From an uncultured Gammaproteobacteria bacterium (GTDB lineage: Bacteria; Patescibacteriota; Microgenomatia; UBA12405), in assembly GCA_964628885.1 (NCBI GenBank), contig CAZVMP010000003.1, forward strand, positions 1 to 43,149: a stretch of DNA of 43,149 bases. The letters run 5' to 3'. Numbering within the stretch: the stretch's first letter is position 1; each line of letters begins with the position of its first letter. Below, one piece after another: positions 1-9,536 of this stretch. The notes below the pieces were generated by a model. It worked only from the letters and a program-made list of their open reading frames with translations. It was not told the origin of the DNA and ran no database searches. Both the position numbers and the translations under genes were made by a program.

Positions 1-27
1 TTCACTAATAAATGATAACAGAAAGTT

Positions 28-1248
28 TTACTCGTATCTCAATGCTTCAATTGGAGAAAGCTGACTAGCTTTGCGGGCAGGAGCAACTCCAAAAATAATA
101 CCAACGATGAAAGAAACTCCAAAAGCAAGTAAAATAGAGCTTAGAGTAACTTGAGCAGGAAAAAATCTATTAATAGTAGTAGTACCTAGGGTTCCAAGAG
201 TGATACCAATAATTCCACCTAATCCTGATAAGATGACAGCTTCAAATAAAAATTGAAGTAGAATGGCTTGAGGATAAGCCCCAATGGCTTTTCTAAGACC
301 AATTTCTCGAGTTCGCTCAGAAACCGTGACTAACATGATATTCATGATGCCAATACCACCAACAACCAAGGAGATGGCAGCAATACCAGTTAAGGCGATA
401 GTAAGTGTGCTGATAATGCTTTCGATAGAAGTAAGTAATTGAGTAGAGTCATAAACAGAAAAGGTGTCTTCACCATAGGTTTTAGCCATAACAGTTTCAG
501 CTCTTTTTTTAGTAGAATCAACTTGGTCTTGAGATGGGGCTTTAATCATTATCTGTTGAATTTTTCGATCTCCAGCAATGTTAGTAGCAATATTAAAGGG
601 AACAAAAATATATTCGTCAATGCTAGGACCCATTCCCCCTCCTTTTTTGTCAATAATGCCTATTATTTTAATATTTTTACTTTTAATAATAATTTTTTTA
701 CCTAAAGCATTGCTGTTAGGAAAAAGGTCTTGGGCAATTTTATAACCAAGAACAGCTACTTGATCGCCCTTATCCTCTTCTTCTTTAGTGAACCAACGAC
801 CATTACCTTGGCTGGGAAGAGAGTTGTTATTAGGTCCGTATTGATAAGTGCTGCCAACGACACTGACATCTTTTTTAGTATCTTTGGATTTAACTTCAAC
901 AGAAACGTTTTTTACAGGGAAAATAATACTGTTTTTTAAATCTTTTTTAAGATTAGAAATATCTTTATCAGTGAAAGAGTTCATCATCATGGCGCTAGGA
1001 TTTTGATTAAAGCCTCCACCGTTGTCACTAAAAATTTTTCCTGGGGTAACAAATAAAGTATTACTGCCAAGGTTTTCAAACTGATCGTTAACATATTTAG
1101 TAAGACCGGTTCCAATAGAAGTTAGTAAAATAACGGATGTTACTCCAATAATTACCCCAAGTGATGTTAAGATTGTTCGGCTTTTATTTTTTAAAACTGA
1201 ACGAATAGAAGAATTTATTAGATCTTGAAGTGATGGTTTAAGTCTCAT
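28..1248 (-). CDS. ABC transporter permease, MacB/FtsX family
   Basis: N-terminal TM helix, large extracytoplasmic domain, and C-terminal FtsX-type signature 'GGIGIMNIMLVTVSERTREIGLRKAIGA' followed by three TM helices; overlaps the ATPase stop by 4 nt. Confidence 0.95.
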   Translation of the reverse strand: MRLKPSLQDLINSSIRSVLKNKSRTILTSLGVIIGVTSVILLTSIGTGLTKYVNDQFENLGSNTLFVTPGKIFSDNGGGFNQNPSAMMMNSFTDKDISNLKKDLKNSIIFPVKNVSVEVKSKDTKKDVSVVGSTYQYGPNNNSLPSQGNGRWFTKEEEDKGDQVAVLGYKIAQDLFPNSNALGKKIIIKSKNIKIIGIIDKKGGGMGPSIDEYIFVPFNIATNIAGDRKIQQIMIKAPSQDQVDSTKKRAETVMAKTYGEDTFSVYDSTQLLTSIESIISTLTIALTGIAAISLVVGGIGIMNIMLVTVSERTREIGLRKAIGAYPQAILLQFLFEAVILSGLGGIIGITLGTLGTTTINRFFPAQVTLSSILLAFGVSFIVGIIFGVAPARKASQLSPIEALRYE

Positions 1249-1958
1249 AATTTTTGGATTTTACCGTCTTTGATAAAAATAATTTTTTGAGCTTGTTTGG
1301 CTAGACTCATATCATGGGTGACTAAAACGATGGTTTGACCTTCGTGATGTAGTTGATGAAGTAATTTAATAACATCAGCACCAGATTTAGAATCGAGATT
1401 CCCAGTAGGTTCATCGGCTAAGATAATTTTAGGGTGGTTGATTAGGGCTCGGGCGATAGCAACTCTTTGTTGTTGACCACCAGAAAGTTGAGCGGGAGTA
1501 TTTTTTAGTTTATCTAAAAGATTAACTTTTTTAAGCATTTCTAGTGCCCGAGATTCGTGTTCAGATTTAGGAATATCAGAATATAGTAATGGGAGGGTAA
1601 CATTTTCTAAAGAAGAAGTTTTACTTAAGAGATTAAACTGTTGAAAAACGAAACCTAGGGTGACATTTCTAATTCTAGCAAGTTCATTTTCATTAAGATG
1701 AGAAATATTACGACCTTCAAGTATAATTTGTCCTGAAGTGGGGTTATCTAATAGTCCAATAATATGCATCATAGTTGATTTACCAGAACCGCTAGGACCA
1801 GTAATTGAAATAAAGTCGTTTTGACGAATCTTAAAAGAAACACCATCAAGAGCATTAAAACTTTCCTCTCCGGTAGTATAAGTTTTAATGACGTTTTTAA
1901 GTTCTAGTACTATTGGGCGTGATTTAGATTTTTCTGATAGCGACTGAGTCATTAGCAT
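1245..1958 (-). CDS. ABC transporter ATP-binding protein, MacB/LolD family
   Basis: Walker A GPSGSGKST, signature LSGGQQQRVAIARAL, Walker B ILADEPTGNLD, H-loop VTHD; start could be 1958 or 1952. Confidence 0.96.
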   Translation of the reverse strand: MLMTQSLSEKSKSRPIVLELKNVIKTYTTGEESFNALDGVSFKIRQNDFISITGPSGSGKSTMMHIIGLLDNPTSGQIILEGRNISHLNENELARIRNVTLGFVFQQFNLLSKTSSLENVTLPLLYSDIPKSEHESRALEMLKKVNLLDKLKNTPAQLSGGQQQRVAIARALINHPKIILADEPTGNLDSKSGADVIKLLHQLHHEGQTIVLVTHDMSLAKQAQKIIFIKDGKIQKL

Positions 1959-2976
1959 CTATACCGGATAAGACTTGGATTTCGGTATCAGTTTCAATAC
2001 CGGTATCTATATAAATTTTTTCTAAAGTTTGACCTTTTTTAACCCAAACAAAAGTTTTATTATCTTCATAATTAATGGTGTCAATAGGTAAGGTTAGAGC
2101 ATCTGTCTCCTGTTTAAGAGTAATGGTGACGTCTCCATCCATGCCTAAGCGATAACGCATATCTTGGTTATTAACTGGAAGTTTAAAATCAATCTTGTAA
2201 ACTGTAGAAGTTTGGCCGGAAACAGGAGTAAAAGCAATGTTGGTAATTTCAGAATCAAAACTTTCTTTTGGAAAAGCGTCGATATTAATTTTTGCAGACT
2301 GTCCTATTTTGACTTGGGTAACATCGTCTTCATCAATTTCAGACTTAAAATAAACAGAGGTGGGATCAATAACAACAAACACGGCACTGGAGGGGGTGAT
2401 ATTAACTCCAGGGTTGGTAGGTTCAGCAATAGTGACAACTCCATTTATAGGACTCCAAATGGTGGCATATTTAATTGCTAGATCATTAAGTTCATAATTA
2501 ATAACAGAATTATTGAGTGAATATTGAGATCGGTTAAGAATACGTTTCATTTCGTCAGTTAGAATCAAAGCTTCTTTTTCAGTTTTATATTTGTCTTGAG
2601 TATCATCAAATCTGGAGAGTTCGGCTTGATAGTTATTTAAAGAGATGGCTAATTGTTTTTTAAGTTCTTGTTGATCAAGAGAAGCTAGAGATTGCCATTT
2701 TTTAACTCTATCCCCCACCTTGACTCCAACCCAAACTAATCTACCAGGAGTTTGAAATCTAATTTCGGCCTTGTCTTTAGCATCGATGGAGCCAGATAGA
2801 ACAATATCTTGAGTGATAGTTTTTATCTCTGGGCTAATGAAAGTATCTTTTTTAGGATTAATATTTGTTGAATTTTTGTATTTTTGAGCTTGAATTTGGC
2901 GAATACCAATAAAAAGAATCATGGCGGTAATAATTCCCAAAATAATTTTTTTGCGATATTTCTTGAAAAAATTCAT
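1924..2976 (-). CDS. Membrane fusion / periplasmic adaptor protein (MacA/HlyD family)
   Basis: N-terminal TM anchor, lipoyl-like halves ('FQTPGRLVWVGVKVGDRVKKWQSLA', 'WSPINGVV'), coiled coil, beta-barrel; first gene of the adaptor-ATPase-permease operon. Confidence 0.92.
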   Translation of the reverse strand: MNFFKKYRKKIILGIITAMILFIGIRQIQAQKYKNSTNINPKKDTFISPEIKTITQDIVLSGSIDAKDKAEIRFQTPGRLVWVGVKVGDRVKKWQSLASLDQQELKKQLAISLNNYQAELSRFDDTQDKYKTEKEALILTDEMKRILNRSQYSLNNSVINYELNDLAIKYATIWSPINGVVTIAEPTNPGVNITPSSAVFVVIDPTSVYFKSEIDEDDVTQVKIGQSAKINIDAFPKESFDSEITNIAFTPVSGQTSTVYKIDFKLPVNNQDMRYRLGMDGDVTITLKQETDALTLPIDTINYEDNKTFVWVKKGQTLEKIYIDTGIETDTEIQVLSGIDANDSVAIRKI

Positions 2977-2999
2977 TAGGAGGTATTATACCATTAAAA

Positions 3000-3293
3000 T
3001 TAAGTTGTTTCGGTTTTGAGTTGGTGTAGTTTCCACATGAATAGTTTATATGGCGTTTTGATGGTGCCAGGATTCTGGTCTTTAATAAAATACCGAGCTT
3101 GTTCAAGAATTTTTCTAGGAGTATTTTTGGCGAGTCGAATGTATAGAGATCGATTTTTCCAATCTCCAAGTTCTTTGGCTAATTCTAGGCCGTAGGCTTG
3201 GTATTCCATTTTGACGTACTTTTGACGCTTATCAAGTGTTTCTTTGAATTTTTCCAGTTGTTGGGAAATAGAAGTGGGCTTATTTTGTTTCAT
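3000..3293 (-). CDS. Small helical hypothetical protein (97 aa)
   Basis: ORF-track frame 3000..3329; ATG at 3293 (MKQNKP...) minimises overlap with the upstream gene; soluble, basic, 'ELAKELGDWKNRSLYIRLAK...LFMWKL'. Confidence 0.7.
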   Translation of the reverse strand: MKQNKPTSISQQLEKFKETLDKRQKYVKMEYQAYGLELAKELGDWKNRSLYIRLAKNTPRKILEQARYFIKDQNPGTIKTPYKLFMWKLHQLKTETT

Positions 3294-4818
3294 AAGGTGA
3301 TTGGAGAGATAGAATATAAGCTTGACCATCGGTTAAAAAATTATTACCACTTTTTTTGGTACCGTAGGTTAGTCCAGTTAAATTTATTTTTTCTGCTGAT
3401 TTAATAAAGCCGTTTTCTTCAAGTTGAGCCTTAATTTCTTCTCGTTCCTTGTCAACTAAGAGTTGGGTTTGGTGAAAGGGCATAATAATTTTAAATTTTT
3501 TCTTAATACTTTCATCGAAATGAGCCGTTCCTACCCAGATAGGTTGATGATCGGTAGTAATAAAATTACTTTTCCAGAAGTGAATGTGATGACGAGAGCT
3601 GACGGAGTCAGGAGGGTCCGGTTTTCCATAACCAATAAGATTTGGTTTAGTGTCCCAAAAGACAGGTAATCCGGGAGCGTTGGGATATTCTTTATTAAAA
3701 ATAACGGAGGAAACTAGCTTTTGGTAAACCTTAATTCCAGGTTTATCTAAGAGATACCAACCAGATTTAATAAAAGCTTGATTTAAAATATTCTCATTAG
3801 CGATGATAATAATGTTTATAGGTTCGGCTGGAGTAGAATTAATAGATTCGCTAATTTTAGGGAGTTGTTTAAAGAGTTCGGTTTCAATTTGACTTGGATC
3901 AATAATAATTGGAGAAAGATATGGAGGAGGGAGAGGTTCAGATAGTGGATGGGTATAGTAATAAAAATAAATAAAGGTGGTCCAGGTGAAAATCAGAAAT
4001 ATAGAGGTTAAACGGGCAACTTTGGGGTGAAAATTAGTGTGTGGCGGAATTCGACCAAACTTCTTTTTTATTTTTAAAGATGTTGCCATAATAACTAACC
4101 AAGCAGTTCCAACGGCTAGACTAGCAAAAACGTCTGATGGCCAATGGGCACCAAGGTAGATACGGGAAATACCAACTAAAACAATCAGAAGAAGGCTAGA
4201 TATAAAGGTGACAATCTTAAAAATTTTATTTTTTTTAGATTGAATAACGAAATAAGCTAATAGGCCATAAAAGGCAATAGTAACAAAGGTGTGACCGCTA
4301 GGAAAACTATGACTAGATTCAATTACAAGAGAGTTAATTAATGGAGGGCGAGGTCGATTAATAAGGTTTTTTATAATCCAAACTAGAATTTCACCACCAA
4401 GGACAGAAATTAATAAGGTATTAATAAAACGTCGTTTTTTAAACAAAAATAAAATTAAACAAGCGATAATGGTGCCAATGGTAATAATTTCTCCTTTAGC
4501 AAGGTAGGTAATAAAAAGCATTTGTTGATTTAGTTTTGGGTGACGGAAAGCGGCAAAAAGATTAAGGACTCGGAGATCAAACTGAATAATGTTTTCGTTA
4601 CCGATATAGTCTTGGAGGATTCCAAAGAATATATAGATAAAAAAAAGAGTAATTAAAAAACCAAGACTAAAATGGAGACCGTATTTTTCGGTTGGGGTTA
4701 GACGTTTTTTAAGAAAACAGAACACCTTAGGATATCTTTTAACAATCTTGTTAATTTCAGGGTCGTTTTTAACTCCCCGACTGATAGATTTAGTAACGGA
4801 TTTAATAATTTTAACCAT
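3280..4818 (-). CDS. PAP2 family membrane phosphatase fused to an LssY-like C-terminal domain
   Basis: PAP2 motifs KNLINRPRP, SFPSGH, SRIYLGAHWPSD among TM helices; C-terminal 'EPINIII', 'RHHIHFW', 'WVGTAHFD', 'TDGQAY' resemble LssY_C. Confidence 0.85.
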   Translation of the reverse strand: MVKIIKSVTKSISRGVKNDPEINKIVKRYPKVFCFLKKRLTPTEKYGLHFSLGFLITLFFIYIFFGILQDYIGNENIIQFDLRVLNLFAAFRHPKLNQQMLFITYLAKGEIITIGTIIACLILFLFKKRRFINTLLISVLGGEILVWIIKNLINRPRPPLINSLVIESSHSFPSGHTFVTIAFYGLLAYFVIQSKKNKIFKIVTFISSLLLIVLVGISRIYLGAHWPSDVFASLAVGTAWLVIMATSLKIKKKFGRIPPHTNFHPKVARLTSIFLIFTWTTFIYFYYYTHPLSEPLPPPYLSPIIIDPSQIETELFKQLPKISESINSTPAEPINIIIIANENILNQAFIKSGWYLLDKPGIKVYQKLVSSVIFNKEYPNAPGLPVFWDTKPNLIGYGKPDPPDSVSSRHHIHFWKSNFITTDHQPIWVGTAHFDESIKKKFKIIMPFHQTQLLVDKEREEIKAQLEENGFIKSAEKINLTGLTYGTKKSGNNFLTDGQAYILSLQSPYETK

Positions 4819-4826
4819 AAATTAAG

Positions 4827-4899
4827 TGGACCGTAGGAGAGTCGAACTCCTGATCTCTGCAATGCGAATGCAGCGCTCTACCAACTGAGCTAACGGCCC
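4827..4899 (-). tRNA. tRNA-Ala(CGC)
   Basis: Reverse complement GGGCCGTTAGCTCAGTTGGTAGAGCG-CTGCA-TTCGCAT-TGCAG-...GGAGTTCGACTCTCC-TACGGTCCA; cloverleaf with G3:U70; CCA not encoded. Confidence 0.96.
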
Positions 4900-4915
4900 T
4901 TTAAGTATATATTAA

Positions 4916-5452
4916 TCAGGTTTTTGACAGAAAACTATCGATTTGGTTGGTAATATCCTTATTAAGAGATTCTATTATATCTAATTCGTTTGAGGTGAAT
5001 GGTTGAAGAACATAATCTTCAGTAGAAATATGGTTTTGAGGACTGTTAATACCAATACGGAGGCGATAAAAGGCTTGGGTTTGGAGGTGTTGAATAATAG
5101 ACTTAATTCCATTGTGTCCAGCTGATCCTCGATCAAACTGAGTTTTAAAATCCCCTACCGATAGGTCAAGATCATCATGGATGATATAGATATTTTTGGA
5201 ACTAATTTTATAGAAATTGGCAATATTATAGACAGAAATACCGGAATTATTCATAAAATCAGTAGAGATGGCCAAAATATTTTTCTGACTTCCCTGCCCT
5301 ATTTGGCAAATTTTAGAGTAAAGATTTTTTTTAAAAACTAATGGAGGGAGTTTTTTGTCTTGGAGATATTGATTAATAATTTTTTGACCTAAATTGTGGC
5401 GGGTAGTTTGGTATTTTTTTCCAGGGTTACCAAGTCCGAATATAAGTTTCAT
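4916..5452 (-). CDS. pth: Peptidyl-tRNA hydrolase
   Basis: MKLIFGLGNPG, TRHNLG, FMNNSG, HDDLD, SAGHNGIKS, RLRIGI; start moved from 5467 to 5452 because the family begins at MKLI and a TGcTAAAAT element lies 5 nt upstream. Confidence 0.96.
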   Translation of the reverse strand: MKLIFGLGNPGKKYQTTRHNLGQKIINQYLQDKKLPPLVFKKNLYSKICQIGQGSQKNILAISTDFMNNSGISVYNIANFYKISSKNIYIIHDDLDLSVGDFKTQFDRGSAGHNGIKSIIQHLQTQAFYRLRIGINSPQNHISTEDYVLQPFTSNELDIIESLNKDITNQIDSFLSKT

Positions 5453-5562
5453 AGGATATTTTAGCATTGGCTTACTTGATAGATAAGTATATATTTTGAT
5501 ATATATTTATAGCCTAAAGATAGGAAAGAATAATTTTTATATACTTATTAGCAGTCGTTTTG

Positions 5563-7512
5563 TTAGTTTGCTAATTGATTAAATTCAATTTCATTAATAA
5601 TTTTAGTATTGAATTTTTTAGCATTAATAAATTTAGCAGAATTAGATTTAATTTCATTAGTGATAAGGTAGTTGGTGTGAGAAGTCACAGATGAGGTTAA
5701 TTTACCGCCAAGTGAGGTGATTTTTTCTTCTATGATTTTTCGGGGTAATGAAAGAGTACCGGTAATAGCAAATGATAATCCAGATATTTTTGATTTTGAA
5801 TTTGAGGAGTGAATTTGAGAAATGGTGATATTGGAGAGAATGGATTTAATAAAATCTTGACGGTCCTGAAGTCCTTGATAAATTTTTTGAGCTAAAGTTG
5901 TTTTGATACCAGGAAGAGCTTCTAATTTAGAGACAGTTAATTGGAGAATTTTTTCAGGAGTATTAAAACCGGCTGTAATAATTTGAGTGATTCTTTTGGA
6001 GCTAAAGTTAGGAATAATTGCGGCAGTTAAAACTTGCTTGAGAGTTAAGTATTTTTTTGATTGAATTTGACTAATAATATTATTACCGGACTTTTGTCCT
6101 AACCCAGGGATAGTTTTAAAATTATCAACAGTGAGATGGTAAAAATCTCCAGGAAGTCTAATTAGGTTTAGGTCATAAAGTTTGGTAATGGTTTTGTCAG
6201 AAATTCCTTTAATGTCTAATTTATTACAGAATAGTTTAAGTGATCCTAGTATTTGAGATTTACAATTTTTAAGGTTAGGACAACGGATAAATTTATTATC
6301 AACAATAAGTTGACTGTGACATGAAGGGCAGTTTTTTGGAGGAGAGATGTGTCCGGGATTAATTTTAGTAATAACTTTTTCGATATGGGGGATAACATCG
6401 CCGCGTCGTTGAATTTCAACAATATCATTAAGATTAATATTTTTATCTCTTATTAGATTGTAATTAGCCAATGAAGCAAAGGTAATGATGGCACCAGAGA
6501 TTTCAATTGAGTCAACTTTGGCTACTGGGGTAATAGTGCCCATAGGACCAACTTGCCAATCAACTTTAATGATTCTGGTTTGACTAGAGCGTGAAGGGAA
6601 TTTGTAAGCAACTTGTCCTTTGGGGCGGCCATTTTTAGAACCTAATTGATGTTGGATAGTAAGATTGTTTATCTTAATAACTAGGCCGTCAATCTCAAAG
6701 GGGTAGGTTAATCGAGTTTTGGTAAGGAATTTTTGGTAGATGGTTTCAATTTGATTAAAATTTTGACAAATAAAAGTTTCAACAGGAGTAAAACCATATT
6801 TTTTAAGTAATTTTATTTTATCTGATTCGGTGGCGATTTTAATTGATTTGGAAACGGGGTGAATATCGACAGCATAGAGGCTGCAATATTCAGAAAATTG
6901 GCCATCTAATCTTTGAGAGATACCAGAAGCGGCATTACGAGAATTGGAATAAATTTCGTTTTTATTTTTAACAATTTGATTGAGTTTTTTGAAATCGGAG
7001 TCGAGCATAACAATTTCACAACGAACGGAACCAGAAAACTTTTGAGGTAGTTTGGCAACAAAATTTTTCATGAGAGTAATATTTTGAGTAATAATGTCCC
7101 CTATTCGACCGTCGCCGCGAGTAATAGCATTAACTAGTTGGCCATTTTGGTATTCAATTTCTAAAGAAATACCGTCGCATTTAACTTGAACAACAAACTC
7201 GCTATTTGAGGGAATTTTTTTGAGTTGGAAATAATGGATTAAATCAGAATAAGTGTTGACTTTATTTTGAGATCCCATTGGCATAGTATGGAGTTTTTTG
7301 TCAAAACCGGTATTAAATTTATCAGTACCAATTTTGGAAAAAATTCGATGATATGGGTTTTGGTGGCGGAGAGTGTCTTCAAGAATATCGTAGGTGTGGT
7401 CATCCATGATGGGTTTGCCACCAGTGTAATAAGCTTTTTTAGCTTCAATTAAGAGTTCGCCAAGTTTTTGAGGAGAAATATTTTTAAGCTCGGGAGATTC
7501 AAGAGTCAACAT
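5563..7512 (-). CDS. ligA: NAD-dependent DNA ligase
   Basis: Domain Ia (AYY...DDHTYD), KCDG adenylation motif, TRGDG, EIDGLVIK, AYKF, OB fold, CPSC...C...C zinc finger, HhH, C-terminal BRCT (FAITGTL). Confidence 0.97.
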   Translation of the reverse strand: MLTLESPELKNISPQKLGELLIEAKKAYYTGGKPIMDDHTYDILEDTLRHQNPYHRIFSKIGTDKFNTGFDKKLHTMPMGSQNKVNTYSDLIHYFQLKKIPSNSEFVVQVKCDGISLEIEYQNGQLVNAITRGDGRIGDIITQNITLMKNFVAKLPQKFSGSVRCEIVMLDSDFKKLNQIVKNKNEIYSNSRNAASGISQRLDGQFSEYCSLYAVDIHPVSKSIKIATESDKIKLLKKYGFTPVETFICQNFNQIETIYQKFLTKTRLTYPFEIDGLVIKINNLTIQHQLGSKNGRPKGQVAYKFPSRSSQTRIIKVDWQVGPMGTITPVAKVDSIEISGAIITFASLANYNLIRDKNINLNDIVEIQRRGDVIPHIEKVITKINPGHISPPKNCPSCHSQLIVDNKFIRCPNLKNCKSQILGSLKLFCNKLDIKGISDKTITKLYDLNLIRLPGDFYHLTVDNFKTIPGLGQKSGNNIISQIQSKKYLTLKQVLTAAIIPNFSSKRITQIITAGFNTPEKILQLTVSKLEALPGIKTTLAQKIYQGLQDRQDFIKSILSNITISQIHSSNSKSKISGLSFAITGTLSLPRKIIEEKITSLGGKLTSSVTSHTNYLITNEIKSNSAKFINAKKFNTKIINEIEFNQLAN

Positions 7513-7627
7513 TTATATATTATACAAAATTAGAGGCCTTTAAACCTAACTCACCTTCTTTGTTAAAATATTCTGAGAGTTAGATTAGTTGTGAAGAGAA
7601 AATCTTTTGAAATAAAGTGATTTAAGT

Positions 7628-8755
7628 TTAGACGTTGGTAAGACAATAGTAGGCTCCTTTAGTAGAACCACGTTTTTCAACAGCACCAGAGTCGACCAGC
7701 TTTTTAAGGTCTCGCCAAATAGTATCATCTGAAACCATAGGAAGAAGTTGTTGAGCATCGGGCATACGTAGACCGCCAAATTGTTGCATGTATTCAACTA
7801 ATTTAATTTGACGTTCACTTAAGTGAACTTGTTTGCCACCGAGTTTTTGTTTGAGCTTGATATCGCGGGATAAAGATTGGACTTTGTCTTTGACTCGGGA
7901 AAGTTCTATTGAGAGAGCTTGAGTATAGTATTCAATCCATTTGGTTAGATCACGTTTGAAAGTGTCGGAGGCAAGTAAGTGAGTATTTTGGATGGTATTG
8001 TAATAGTCTTCGGCGTTGCGATCGAAGTATTCTTCCATAGAAAAGAGACGACGAATATCATATCCTTGAGTATAAAGAGGTAACATCGCAAAAGCGCGAG
8101 AAACACGACCATTACCTTCAATAAAGGGATGAATGGCAACTAGAATATATTGACTAATAGCGGACTTAATAGTGGCGTGGATGTCTTGGGAAACTGGGGC
8201 GTTAATCCAATCAATAAAATCAGCCATAAGATAAGGAACTTCTATGGCTGGAGGTGGTCGGTGGGCAATTTCTCCGGTGTGAGTATTCTTAAGAACCACT
8301 TGCTGGTGGCGATATTTACCAACATCTGATTCGGGAATGATTTTAGCGGTAGTAAGTTGGTGGATTCTTTTAATAATAGTCTCACTATAAAAGAAGAATC
8401 GGTTTTTATCATTAGTATCAACATTTTTTTCTTCTGGCAGAGGTAGATTGGCGTCGTAAAGTGACCATAACTCCTCGAGATAGGAAATAACATTTCTATA
8501 GTTAATAACTTCTTGGATATCTCGGTCAGTAGCTGTAACTTGGTGTCCTTCAACTAATTTAGCTACTTCCTGAAAGGTTAAATCATTACCTTCAATTCGA
8601 GTACCATAATGAACTGTTCTGACAATAGCTTCTTGTTGGAATTGTTTTTCATAGGCTGGAATCATGGGGGCTTCATCAATGATGGCCTTAGCAGCTTCAA
8701 TTTGGCCAATATTTTTCAGAATTTGATTATTGATTGAGAAGACAGGAGAAAACAT
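7628..8755 (-). CDS. Fic family protein with C-terminal DeoR-like winged HTH
   Basis: Canonical Fic motif HPFIEGNGRVSR; N-terminal TRIEGN inhibitory-helix-like motif; C-terminal 'VSDDTIWRDLKKLVDSGAVEKRG' wHTH. Confidence 0.92.
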   Translation of the reverse strand: MFSPVFSINNQILKNIGQIEAAKAIIDEAPMIPAYEKQFQQEAIVRTVHYGTRIEGNDLTFQEVAKLVEGHQVTATDRDIQEVINYRNVISYLEELWSLYDANLPLPEEKNVDTNDKNRFFFYSETIIKRIHQLTTAKIIPESDVGKYRHQQVVLKNTHTGEIAHRPPPAIEVPYLMADFIDWINAPVSQDIHATIKSAISQYILVAIHPFIEGNGRVSRAFAMLPLYTQGYDIRRLFSMEEYFDRNAEDYYNTIQNTHLLASDTFKRDLTKWIEYYTQALSIELSRVKDKVQSLSRDIKLKQKLGGKQVHLSERQIKLVEYMQQFGGLRMPDAQQLLPMVSDDTIWRDLKKLVDSGAVEKRGSTKGAYYCLTNV

Positions 8756-8847
8756 GTTAAGCTGATTATATCATTTTTGGAGTAATAGTTAAGGGGAAAA
8801 TGCGGGAATCAGTTTAGATTATAGATATTAAATTATGGGTTTTAGCT

Positions 8848-9495
8848 TTAAGATAAAAATAAGTAATCAAGTGCAGATTTAGGGTCAACATTACTTTCAA
8901 TCATTTTAATAGAAGTCATTATTTTTTGGATCAAGTGGGAGTTGGTGGTGGTTGGGTGTTGTTTTAAAGTACGTTGATAAATTTTTAATTGTTCCTTGAG
9001 ATGCGGAAGAACGCTACTTCGATCTTTAGAAAGAGTATCGCTGAGGAAAAGGTCTTTTTTAATTTGATGGCTAATGGTTAGAGGAGTTAATTGAGAATTA
9101 ATTTTATGGATATTTTTTAGCTTAACGGATTGACAACGAGAAATAATTGTGGGTAAAAGTTTTGAAGGTTTAGCGGTGGTAATAATTATATAGTTATTAG
9201 GACCAGGGTCTTCAATAGTTTTAAGAAGGGCGTTTTGGGATTCAATATTAAGATTTTCGGCCTGATAGATAATAACAATCTTGTTTTGATGGTTGAAGGG
9301 TTTTTGAGAGAGAAAATTTTTAATTTGTCGAGTAAGATCAATTGTCCAGCCGCTGTCTTGGTTAATGATAAAAATATCGGGGTTGTTTGGGTTAATATTA
9401 TTTTTTAGCTGTTGGCAAATATGATTGATTTGGATATTTATTTGGTCAGTGTCTGAAGAGATAAATAAAGTTGAGGGGAAAAGGTTAGTTTTCAT
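8848..9495 (-). CDS. holB: DNA polymerase III delta-prime-like subunit (short)
   Basis: 'NPDIFII', 'KIVIIYQAENLNIESQNALLKTIEDP', 'LLPTIISRCQ' (SRC motif); no Walker A or zinc-finger cysteines visible. Confidence 0.8.
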   Translation of the reverse strand: MKTNLFPSTLFISSDTDQINIQINHICQQLKNNINPNNPDIFIINQDSGWTIDLTRQIKNFLSQKPFNHQNKIVIIYQAENLNIESQNALLKTIEDPGPNNYIIITTAKPSKLLPTIISRCQSVKLKNIHKINSQLTPLTISHQIKKDLFLSDTLSKDRSSVLPHLKEQLKIYQRTLKQHPTTTNSHLIQKIMTSIKMIESNVDPKSALDYLFLS

Positions 9496-9536
9496 TGATT
9501 TGGTTACGAAAAAACTGTAGTATAAATATAAGTATT

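Noticed and set aside
2977-2984. Perfect Shine-Dalgarno TAGGAGGT on the plus strand
   Set aside because: No start codon at a suitable distance; it is simply the complement of the macA promoter-ATG spacer
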